Below are positions 1 to 10,019 of a stretch of DNA of 24,845 bases, in pieces. The stretch's first letter is position 1; every line of letters starts with the position of its first letter. The notes under the pieces are model-generated. The model saw only the letters and a program-made list of their open reading frames with translations. It was not told the DNA's origin and searched no databases. The position numbers and the translations under genes are program-made. The DNA is from Fistulifera solaris. Lineage: Eukaryota. The stretch spans positions 1,364,001-1,388,845 of the forward strand of contig AP026129.1 in assembly GCA_030295235.1 (NCBI GenBank), given 5' to 3'.

Positions 1-360
1 GAGAAGCCTAGTCAGGTCTCTTCTATAAAATGGCACACACAGATTCAATTCTTTCATTCAAAATTGAACTGGGAAATGGAGAATCCGAACGATTTATTTT
101 GTTGCATGCCCTTGAGCTGAAATATTCTCCTTTTTTATAATACAATGTGTCTGCAGTATATATTTGATGGAACAAGCGATAAATCCCGAGAAAGCTTCCG
201 ACTGACGAAGGATTCATGACTACCCAGCCCGGAGCCCGCGCACGGTGCTTGCTTGTACGTCAGAAGAAAACCTAATGGATGTCTGCCATAAGCGGGCCAT
301 CAATCCACGTGCAGCTTCGTTCCTCTGTTGTTGGAATTGTTTCATTTATCTGTCAACATT

Positions 361-1768
361 TTAAAAGGGCGAAGAACAGTCATGAGGCGGCCGCACCGGT
401 GCTTCGGAGCTAGTTCTCGTAAACGTCGCTGCTGTCGTCGGTTCCATAGTCGGTGGACCGGGAATTTGAAACGGAGGTACCACAGCAGTGGTTTCTCGAA
501 AGCAAAGAGATTGCAAATTCCAACCATCACTGTAAATTTTCATTTCGAGCTCGAATGGTGTAGTTGTCGAGGCGGGCAACGAGAATACGGTACTGGCCAC
601 TTGCCACGTTGTCCAATTCCCCGTCAAGGGTAATTCATTTTGCAGCATCAACGGTGTTTGCGATGCGGCATCGATCAACAAAAATGATCCCATTCCTTCA
701 GGACTGGCGACCATAGTGTCTAATTGGTACGTTCCGGCTGGCAAAGTTAAATTGTAAACGACCCAATCACCCGAGTCCAAGTAACCCACGTAATCCGTAC
801 CCGCTTCGTAGCTCACACCTGACATAGAAGCATAGTCAGATGCATTCAAGAACAAGTTGCATTCATCAAGACTGATCACAGGCGGAAGTATGGAGGTGGC
901 TGGAACAGAGACGGGGGGTCGTTGCGGGGGCAATAGGCGTAGATACCGGAGCCGCAACCGGTGTTACAACAGGAACCATCACCGAAGGTGCCAAAGGAAC
1001 GGCGACAGGTGTCACAACTGGAGTAAATAGAGGAGGCATTGCTTCTGGCGCCATTGGAATTACCACCGAAGGGGTAACTGGAACAAGAGGAGCTGCTATA
1101 GGAGCACTTGTCAACGTTGCTGGAGCCGTGGTCAGTGATAATTTTGTCGGAGAAGTGGTTACCGAGACTGGCGTCATTACGGGAGCCATGGTTGTCGAGA
1201 CAGTAGGTGATGAAACAACATCAATCGGCAATAAATTCATCCATTGCAAACTCCATCCTCCTTGATCAACAAAAAGTTCGATGGTATGCAACCCCACGGG
1301 CAAGGTCAAATTTGTGGAAACTGTCGTCCAAGCATCTGCCGTAGAAGGCAAATTCGAAAATGTCGCCAAAACCGCACGCGTGTCGACTGAAACCACACGC
1401 ACGGATCCCCCTTCCGTCGCGGACGAAATCCTTAACGACAATTGATACAGTCCGTCCTCGGGTATGCCCACCACATAACGCAGCCAGTCATTTTGTTGTA
1501 AATTCATGACACTCTTCGTTCCTTCGGACGATACAGCTACTGTGGCTGTACTGGGTGTTTGTACAAAGGATGCTGTAGCATAATCAGCGGCCGAAATAAG
1601 ACTGGTAAAAGCAGGATGCTGGGAGCCCCATTGCAATTGTCGTGTGTGTTGTGGGGAAGATTGCGTTCGTCGTCGTCGTCGTACGGATTCTGCGTCACCG
1701 TACGGACACGTAGCATTGACTGCCAAAGCAGTAATTACAAGAATGGTTGCAGACGCAAGGACTCTCAT
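361..1768 (-). CDS. Secreted protein: signal peptide, RxL pro-peptide, CBM6-like domain, Pro/Thr/Val-rich linker, second CBM6-like domain (one frameshift near 957-960)
   Basis: ORF 866..2047 has an internal Met at 1768 starting a hydrophobic signal (MRVLASATILVITALAVNA). It is followed by a CBM6-like segment (NDWLRYVV..EDGLYQLSLRISS..WTTVS..L.VGLHTIEL..GGWSLQW). ORF 361..957 carries a second copy (VGYLDSGDWVVYNLTLPAGTYQLD..P.TGNWTTWQ..DGWNLQSL). The true 3' end is uncertain. Confidence 0.7.
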
Positions 1769-2369
1769 TCGTCGTTTTGAAAGAAGAAAAATATGTAAAG
1801 ACTTCTGGTGGGGGTTGCACTCGCGCGCGACAAGATCTATCTGGGAAATTGGGAAATGAGGATCGGCTTTTCTTGTAAGTACAACAAGAACGAACAAGCA
1901 GCTGCCTGTAACAAAGGATATAATAATATTACCGACGGTGGTGATGCGAAAGAAAAAAGCCATCGGCATCATCATCTCGCAACAATAGGCTTCGCAGGCA
2001 TTTTCTGGACTTTTTACAACTACTTGTTGTTTTTGGCAGATACTCAAAGTCCACTCTATACTATCTACTCAAATGCCAACACTCAGACAACATCAAGGGC
2101 CTTATTATGATGAAATCAGCATCGTGAATGAGTTTCCCGTGATTGAGTTTTATTCCCCCCGCCGTCTGTCGCTCGTGTGTGCCGATCCGAAGCCAAAGCA
2201 CGTTTCCATGGGCGGCCAGTCGAGCAAGACGAGTGGATGATTCTCTTTGCTTTAGATTGCTTTAAGACCAATCACTCTATCTTCCTTTGCGTTTGTTCTT
2301 TTTTCGAGCATTTTTAGAATAAGATAACAACTGATTTCAAAACACTAACTTAAAAAAAGTTGTGGAAGA

Positions 2370-4209
2370 ATGGCGACACCAGCCGAATTAATTCAAAAAC
2401 AACACGAGGAAGCCCTTTCGTTGCTCTCCATCGATTCTTCGAAATATTGTCCTTGCGCCGAACGACTCAATCATGGGGAACTTCCATTGACCACGAAACG
2501 CTCTCCTACTGCTAATCAACCATCGTGGTCGAGTCGGGTTCGAATTGATGTCACACCTCTTCAAGAAATTGTTCGAGAAGGATACAATGTTAATTATCAT
2601 TCGAATGAAAAAACTAGCTCCAGCAATACGAATTTGTGGCATCCCGTGACCGCCGCACAACACAATGTCTCTGTGTGTCGACCATCTCACGATCAATGGG
2701 GTATCGGAAAGATTGTTTTAATTTTTTGCGATGATTTCTTGCAGCAGTGTTATCATTTTCCGTATTGGCAGATGCGTGCCGACATTCGTGCCGCTGTACA
2801 ACCTATTTTGGATGTACTGGGCATACAGGTATCGCAATGTGTGAGATTGCTGCTAGCCTCCTTGCCACCCCAAACCACCATTCCGTTGCATCAAGACAGT
2901 GGTGAATGGGTCCATCAGACACATCGTGTCCATGTGCCCATTTTAGTACCATCGCCCGAGGATATTTTGTTTCGTTCGGGCCCCGATGATGCGACACTCC
3001 AACGGATCGATTGCCACGAAGGTCATGTCTTTGAAATTAACAATGCCCAACGACATGCCGTCACCAACGGAAGTTCTGAACACTATCGTGTGCATTTGAT
3101 TCTAGATTACATGGATCAACCTTTTCGATTGCCGCCCGTTGTGTTGACGCCAGGGGAAGTCTTGTATCAGACACGACGATCTTTGAACCGCGTTTGCGAT
3201 CAAGGCAGTCGTCCCACGCCCTCGTTCATGATTTTGGGTGCTCAAAAAGCCGGTACCACGAGTTTGTACCAGTATTTGACGCAACACGATTTAGTCATTC
3301 CTGCGAAACGACGAGAAACTCACTGTCTTGACTGGCGTTGGGATGAGAAGCTGAAAACCGTTGAGCAACAACGAGAATGGTGTCAGAAATTTTATCACAC
3401 GGAAGAATTGTACAAGCACGCCGCTTGTTTGACGGGTGATTCGACTCCGAGTTATCTACTGGACAGTCGCCGCGTGATTCCTCGTATCCAAGCCATCTTC
3501 AATTGGCCTTTGCGATTCTTTGTGATGGTCCGTGAACCCGTAGCACGGGCCGAGTCGCATTATGCCATGGTCACGAGTCCCGTGGGGACCGAAGCGCAGC
3601 TGAAAACGCGGGGTGTGGAATGGCGGAACAAGTCCTTTTGGCAAGTTGTGCAAGAAGACTTGCAACAAATGCACGATTGTGGCTTGTTGCCGCATTGGAA
3701 TGTGGAAGAAGGCATTTTTGATGCGAATGTTTGGAAGGAATTCAGTGGGAGTGCCGCCGAAGACCAGGCGTGGTCGTTGTATTTGGAGCGGCATGTTCTC
3801 TTGAATACTGGTTCGTATGGCTTGCTCGCACGGGGCCTCTACGAATTGCAATTGCGATCTTGGTTGAAGACGTTTCGTGCAGGGCAATTTCTCGTGTTGG
3901 TGCTGGAACGGGATTTGGCGGATACCGAGTCTATACATCGCACTATGCAACGAGCTTGGGCGCATTTGGGAATTCCGGGAATTACTTCTTTGGATGACAC
4001 CTCCGCTCAGAATACGCGGGAGTACAAGAGCTTTGTGGAGGAAGAAAACGAAGAAAAGAAAAGAAGAAGGTGGTGAGTCTTCATTAGGAGGAACGAGGAT
4101 GGCTAAGAAAGAGTATTTGCAACGCTTCTTTCAACCCTACAACGAGCGACTCGAGCAATTAATGGAACAGCACGGATGGGGTAGTCATAATTGGAGTTAT
4201 GAATTGTAA
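2370..4209 (+). CDS. Fusion of an Asp/Asn beta-hydroxylase-like 2OG-Fe(II) oxygenase and an HS3ST-like PAPS sulfotransferase (frameshift in the A-rich tract near 4040-4075)
   Basis: N-half: LASLPPQTTIPLHQDSG (HxD), RVHVPI, EINNAQRHAVTN, RVHLILD. C-half: FMILGAQKAGTTSLY (5'-PSB loop), GDSTPSY, VREPVARAESHY (3'-PB). The expected C-terminal YLQRFFQPYNERLEQL lies in another frame and ends at TAA 4207-4209. Confidence 0.85.
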
Positions 4210-4567
4210 ATTGTTGTGATTAAAAAATTTTCTTTTTTCTTTTTGCTGAATGGGTAATGGTAATGAATGGTAATGGGGACATGAAGGCGACAGAATGAAC
4301 TATCGATGAGAAAGCACTACGTAGACGTTTTCTTCCTGCAATATCGGCGCGCGTTGTTGTTTTCTACAATCCAATCTCGCCAGCCAAGCTCCGCCTCAGT
4401 GGACATCATCTCAAATACGTAGTAATAATGGAGAGATTTCGAAGGATTTTTGGTTGTTTCAATTCTTTGATTGCTTGCTTCTTGACATCTTAAGAAATCA
4501 TATCACTTGCAACTGTCTATTGTTTCACAACACTACCAGATAGAACGCCGAAAGAAACGACGATAGA

Positions 4568-7500
4568 ATGAATCCGCCGCGTTTGTCCTATGCCGAACGC
4601 AAACGATTGCGCGAAGGTTTGCATATGCGACAGGATTCGACCGGAAGTGTCGGGCACTCGTTTTACGCCACAAATGACAGAATCACACCGAACAAAGAAA
4701 AGAGAAAACATCGTCGTCGACCAAAAAAGTCACAGCAGCCCATCAGCGTGGAAACGGCTTTAGACACGATCAACGACTCCTCGTCCGAACATTTGAACGA
4801 ACCGTTTCACGCTTCATCAAAAAGCCTCACTGGAAAGTTACCCGCCAGTCGCAATCATCCACGCACGAGTGTCACGAGCCTTCAGTCCGAAGATAGTCTA
4901 CGATACTCCACGATACTCCCTCCCATGTCCACCATTGAAGGTATTTCTGTAGAAGATTACGGTCTTGATGCTAGACGATCGTCGGAATTGGATATAGCGG
5001 CATTTTCGGCCATGGTTTTGTCTCAAGAGAATCCTACTACGAGTCCAGCAGCAGCTGCTGTCGCAGCTCCAGCGCCCTTGCCGCTGGCGTCGCGACCACC
5101 GCGACCGAAACCACGAACAAAGGAGCAAGAAGATGATGACTACGATGCGGATGAAGATGAGAATCAAATAGAAGAATCGTCATCGGAATGGACCGAGGAT
5201 GAAATGGAAAGTCTGTGGGATTTCGTTTCACGTTGGTTGGATCCCACTGACTACTTGATGCAAGACGCCAAGATAGGAACCGATGGGAACCCGTATTTTG
5301 ATCAGAATGAGGAACGATGGTGGTCTCTCGCAGCTACCGTGCGAAACGTTTTTTACAATCCGCTGGAGCCTGAATTCACGTCGTTGCAACAATTCTCGTG
5401 GGCCATCGTAATTGGTGTGGTTATGGGGGTCTATGTGAGCTTTTGGAAATCACTGATTGAAGGAGGCGTTGAGTTTATGTGGAAGACACTGCCGGCGGAG
5501 TTATTGCGTCTGGGTGTCTTTACCGATCTTCATGGCTCGTTTCCCCTTTATCATTACATGTGGCTCTGTCCTGCTCTATGGGGAGGAATATTGTCTTACC
5601 TGTTCGTCATCTTACCATTCAAAATACCAGATCAAAATGAATGGATTACCGGCGTGCATTCCAAAGGCATCTTGGATCACCGGGGATTTGGCGCTTTGTT
5701 TGTACTGTCGACGCTGGCAATGATGTCTGGACTCAGTCTTGGACCCGAACTGCCGTTGGTGCTAACCGCCGGGATGGTAGGATCCTGGTTTGGGCTCTTA
5801 TGTAAGCAGAGTATGTTGCAGGCCCGTGTATTAAATCTTACCGCAGCATCGGCTGCCGTCGGAGGTTTTTTCGGTTTCCCTATGGCGGGTGCTGTGTTCG
5901 TATTGGAAATACCGCATCGAATGGGTCTGCAGTATTTTGAAGCTTTGTCGCCAGCGACAATATCATCGATTGTGGCTGTTCTTACCAATCGCCTCATCAT
6001 CAACAATGATGTCACCGGATATTACAGTTATCCCTTTCTTTCCGCATCATTGCCCAGTGAGATATTCACCAGTGCCATTGTGTACGGATTGTATGGTGCA
6101 CTCGTCGGACTATTGTATGGGAAGGGAGCGTTGCTTTTCAAGGGGTATGTGCACGAATTTTTCAAAATTCCTTCAAAACACAACCAGCATATCACGGACG
6201 TCTCTTCTTCAAAGGAAGAGGAGACTCCCTTAATGGTTTCGTCCCGAAGAAAGAGAAAGAAGCGGCGACCGCCAACACAACAGCCAACTTGGAGAGAGCG
6301 CGTTTTCGGATTCGGCTGTATTTTCATCAAGGATGAGAAAACACGTGCTGGTTTTGCTGGTTTTCTGGCGGGTGCTCTGGTAGGTCTCGTCGGTATGTAT
6401 CTTCCTCATACAATGTTCTGGGGTGAAGCGCAGCTCCAAAATTTGATTGATAAAGGAAGAACGCCGCTGCCCATCTTCACCACTGGCATTGAACCCACAG
6501 CCACCCTCACAGCGCGAAGTATGTGTATCATTGACCCCAAGGATCACGGTGCTGTACTTCAAGGGTTTGGCATTGGCTGCTCCCTTCTCATTACCTTCGC
6601 GAAAATTGTGGTCGTTGGTTTGAGTCTTGGTACAGGAATCGTCGGTGGACACTTTTGGGGACCGCTGTTCTGCGGCTGTTCGGCTGCACACTTGTTCACG
6701 GATGTGTCCGTATGGTTATCGAAGACGTACGGAGTTGGTGCAAGTCTGTCGGCCTATCCATGCGTAGTCATTCTTTGTACGATGGGAAGTGCACATGTTG
6801 TGACCTATCGAGCTCACATGGCAATAATGCTGATATTGACTCTCACCATTAGTGCATTCAACCCGCAAAATGAGACAGAAGGCGTGGGAGTGGTTGGTGT
6901 CTCCGGCGACTACTCTGCCGTTTTCCCGCTACTAGTAGTTTCTGTGTTTGTGGCACTCATGGCATCGCGAAAATTTATTTTTTACACCGCACAGCGTAGT
7001 AGAGGCGATATTCTGGCTGTTCCGGAAGTTCTCTGTGAGCCTGGAATGAAGGGGCGACCTGCCGTTATCGAGTACGTGGACGGAAGCGACGACGTTGACT
7101 TTGATAATGGCGAGGGGTATGCATACATGGTTTCTAGTGCGATAGAACCAGCACCACACGAGACGGTTCATGTCAATATCGCAGGAGCCGACTACGAAGC
7201 AACACACGTAAGTCCTCCTCCTAGAAGAAGTCCAAATCAGCATGACATAGAGTGGGGATTTGCAAAGGCAAACGCAGAATCGTCCGAGTCAAGAAAACGA
7301 ACGTCTGTTACAGAAAAAAGTAGGCAGGAAGAGTCGCCCAACCTGGATCTATTTTCAACGGCACGTCTGGATGAACTTCTGAAAGAGCCCTTAGAAACGG
7401 ATGTTGAACCTGTCCAAACCAATCATCGACGCTTCCACAGTGCTCCTTCGGTCCCCCGTGACGATGTTCGAGGGCGCTCGATTTCTCCAAAGCGACCTCA

Positions 7501-7957
7501 TGCGGGTAACCGAGACCGTGCCGATAGCGGTAATCTCCGTAAACACATGCTGCGCATCAACAGCTACGGCGAGATTCATGAGCATCAGCCATCGTTGATG
7601 GATCAGGCTCGCGAAAGATCGGCTTCCTCCGCCGCCGACTCACTCCATCGTCGCGTGCCTTCAATAGATGCGAACGAAACCAAACAACACCATCGTCATC
7701 GACGCATCCCCAGTTCACCTGGATTGCCCCGAAAGAGTTCCACCGATGGAAGTGTGTGTGCTTTGAGTATTGAGTCGGGAAAGAGACACCGTCGCAAAAC
7801 ATCCAACGACAGCATCAATTCAGATCAGCACAAGATGATGGAAGAAACAGGTGCCCTGACCTTGGATGATATTGAGCAATCTTTTGATCAAGTCGTGGCA
7901 GCACGGCAATCCGACCTCTCACTCAGTAACCTGTGGACACCGAATAGTTTGAGTTAA
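4568..7957 (+). CDS. CLC-family chloride channel/transporter, bacterial YfeO/EriC-like type, with long disordered N- and C-tails and no evident CBS domains
   Basis: Intact 1129-aa ORF with many hydrophobic helices and the motifs SGLSLGPELP, ASAAVGGFFGFPMAGAVFVLE, MFWGEAQL and AKIVVVGLSLGTGIVGGHFWGPLFCG. Confidence 0.9.
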   Translation: MNPPRLSYAERKRLREGLHMRQDSTGSVGHSFYATNDRITPNKEKRKHRRRPKKSQQPISVETALDTINDSSSEHLNEPFHASSKSLTGKLPASRNHPRTSVTSLQSEDSLRYSTILPPMSTIEGISVEDYGLDARRSSELDIAAFSAMVLSQENPTTSPAAAAVAAPAPLPLASRPPRPKPRTKEQEDDDYDADEDENQIEESSSEWTEDEMESLWDFVSRWLDPTDYLMQDAKIGTDGNPYFDQNEERWWSLAATVRNVFYNPLEPEFTSLQQFSWAIVIGVVMGVYVSFWKSLIEGGVEFMWKTLPAELLRLGVFTDLHGSFPLYHYMWLCPALWGGILSYLFVILPFKIPDQNEWITGVHSKGILDHRGFGALFVLSTLAMMSGLSLGPELPLVLTAGMVGSWFGLLCKQSMLQARVLNLTAASAAVGGFFGFPMAGAVFVLEIPHRMGLQYFEALSPATISSIVAVLTNRLIINNDVTGYYSYPFLSASLPSEIFTSAIVYGLYGALVGLLYGKGALLFKGYVHEFFKIPSKHNQHITDVSSSKEEETPLMVSSRRKRKKRRPPTQQPTWRERVFGFGCIFIKDEKTRAGFAGFLAGALVGLVGMYLPHTMFWGEAQLQNLIDKGRTPLPIFTTGIEPTATLTARSMCIIDPKDHGAVLQGFGIGCSLLITFAKIVVVGLSLGTGIVGGHFWGPLFCGCSAAHLFTDVSVWLSKTYGVGASLSAYPCVVILCTMGSAHVVTYRAHMAIMLILTLTISAFNPQNETEGVGVVGVSGDYSAVFPLLVVSVFVALMASRKFIFYTAQRSRGDILAVPEVLCEPGMKGRPAVIEYVDGSDDVDFDNGEGYAYMVSSAIEPAPHETVHVNIAGADYEATHVSPPPRRSPNQHDIEWGFAKANAESSESRKRTSVTEKSRQEESPNLDLFSTARLDELLKEPLETDVEPVQTNHRRFHSAPSVPRDDVRGRSISPKRPHAGNRDRADSGNLRKHMLRINSYGEIHEHQPSLMDQARERSASSAADSLHRRVPSIDANETKQHHRHRRIPSSPGLPRKSSTDGSVCALSIESGKRHRRKTSNDSINSDQHKMMEETGALTLDDIEQSFDQVVAARQSDLSLSNLWTPNSLS

Positions 7958-8792
7958 TGATAACTAGGATGTGACTAGTATCTACTGTATGATGATCTAT
8001 ACACGACAGTGAACGCCATTTGTTATCTCAAACTTTTTAACAGTTCAAAAATTTTAAGATATTACTATTCCTTTCGTTTTTAGTCGAGCTTTCCGATATG
8101 TTTCGCGATGCATTCTTGCAAATCATTCATCATTGACTGGCACTTCAAACGGGGATTTTTGGTCAAGCAACGAGAGTAGTTTCGATACAAATCGTTACAG
8201 GGTGTATCATCCAATCGTTTTCTAGTCTCTTCCGCACATTGCATCATCTTTGATATCAAAAGTGAGTGAATATCGCTAATAGTATTGCTTTTTATTTAAG
8301 TTAAATTCACACATACCTTTTCAGCAGCCTCCAGTGCCGTATCAGGACTTTTTAACATGCTCTTTTTGTTGACATACTCGGAAATTGTATCCGCACAAGT
8401 AATTTGAATGCACTGGAAACCCATGGTTTGAGTCAATCGATTGAACAAGATCTTGGCAGCATCACACGGGGACGTACCGGAGATAGTGCATCTAACGTCG
8501 CTGCATACATTGGGGCCATTTTCTCTCTTTCTTCCGACTAAATGATTTCTTCGGTAGCTGAGTAATCGAATCGTCTAGCGAAATACGGCTTCACAGGAAT
8601 AACAGCAAACGAACAACGATCCTGAAAAACGCCGAGCCGAAACATTTGCCGTTTGGGCAGCGTCATGGCCGCTCGAGATCACTCCGCTCACACGTCAGCA
8701 CTATAGGCTACATTGTAGTTGCCAGACATCAAAGAGTAGACAGACGTACTAAGGAGAGGCGGCACTAAGTTCTATCCAAAGCTTGTTTAGTT

Positions 8793-9749
8793 TTACGATG
8801 AAGCTGCCTGTTTCAATGATTCATCTTTCGTCTTGGGTGGCATCACCTTTAAGCTATAATCAATGCAATCGTATCCTTGCGTCAACTTCCCCTGCGACAC
8901 AATGTCGACATCGTCCGAAAGATAATCTTTCATCGTCTCGGTTGTAATTCCTCCACTGGCTTCAATGAGCACATGCGGATATTCCTTTTTCAACATCCGC
9001 GCCGTAACTTTCAGTACTTGCGGCTCCAGATTATCCAGCATAACAATATCGGCTCCGGCTTGGGCGGCCTCCATGGCTTCCGCCAGCTGACTGCATTCGA
9101 CTTCGATCTTTTGACTGAACCCCGCTGCTTGTCTTGCCATTTGAATGGCGGAACGAATCGATCCCGCCGACTGAATGTGATTGTCTTTGAGCATGACCAT
9201 TTGGCTCAAATCGAGTCGATGTGTGGCGGCACCGCCCACGAGTAAGCCGTATTTTTCCACGATACGGAAGCCAGGAGTTGTTTTGCGTGTTCCGGCCACC
9301 CATCCTTTCCAGTGGGCGTCTCGCGCGGCAGTGACGGCTTGTTGCGACAATGTAGCAACACCAGAGCAGCGAGAGAGTGTATTAAGTGCGGTGCGTTCAC
9401 CTTGAAGTAATTTATGAATGGGGCCGGAGACTGTGGCGAGTGCAAGTTTGTGTTCCGGAGAGGCCGAAAGGTAGACTCCTTCGGCAGCGGATGGATGCCA
9501 TGTTACTGAGCAACCGAGAATACGAAAGACCGTTTCAAAGAAAGGTTTTCCTGCCAAAACACCGGGTGATTTCATCCACAAGGTCGCTTCTCGAGGTACA
9601 TCACCCACTACTAATCCTCCGACATCCAGAGACGGCATATCATCGTGCAGCCATTGTTGTACGATAACGTCTATTTGGTGCTGAGGAAGTAATGTAGCGA
9701 AGAAATCATTTGTTTGTTGGTGTTGCTGATTTTTATTTGGTGAACTCAT
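8793..9749 (-). CDS. nadC: Quinolinate phosphoribosyltransferase (nicotinate-nucleotide pyrophosphorylase, carboxylating)
   Basis: Intact 318-aa ORF with GERTALN, GTRKTTPG, THRLDLSQMVMLKDNH, KIEVEC, VMLDN, IEASGGIT and IDYSLK. Confidence 0.95.
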   Translation of the reverse strand: MSSPNKNQQHQQTNDFFATLLPQHQIDVIVQQWLHDDMPSLDVGGLVVGDVPREATLWMKSPGVLAGKPFFETVFRILGCSVTWHPSAAEGVYLSASPEHKLALATVSGPIHKLLQGERTALNTLSRCSGVATLSQQAVTAARDAHWKGWVAGTRKTTPGFRIVEKYGLLVGGAATHRLDLSQMVMLKDNHIQSAGSIRSAIQMARQAAGFSQKIEVECSQLAEAMEAAQAGADIVMLDNLEPQVLKVTARMLKKEYPHVLIEASGGITTETMKDYLSDDVDIVSQGKLTQGYDCIDYSLKVMPPKTKDESLKQAASS

Positions 9750-10019
9750 TTTTCTAATAGCATTATTTGTCTAGGAAAATGACGGTGATTTGGGTGCAAA
9801 GAAAAGGCGCTCCGCGATCGATCGAGCATCGAGCACCTTTCATTATTTTTTGCTCAAGGACCAAGGACCTTTTCGTCGTCCGTCCCTTTGTTTTGAAAAG
9901 ATTGTTTCGGAACTATTAAGGTTTAGGGCAAGTTTTGCAATAAGGAAGCGGGCATTTTGTACTCTACAGCTCATATAAGATTAGGGTCATTAACGGAGTA
10001 TTGGACAGACAATGCTATA

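Noticed and set aside
1769..2047. N-terminal 93-aa extension of the CBM6 ORF
   Set aside because: It begins at a non-ATG codon, and a clear signal peptide starts at the ATG at 1768, so the extension is probably UTR or promoter.
4249..4278. AATGGT-like short repeat after the sulfotransferase
   Set aside because: A short degenerate microsatellite in 3' flanking DNA with no further structure.
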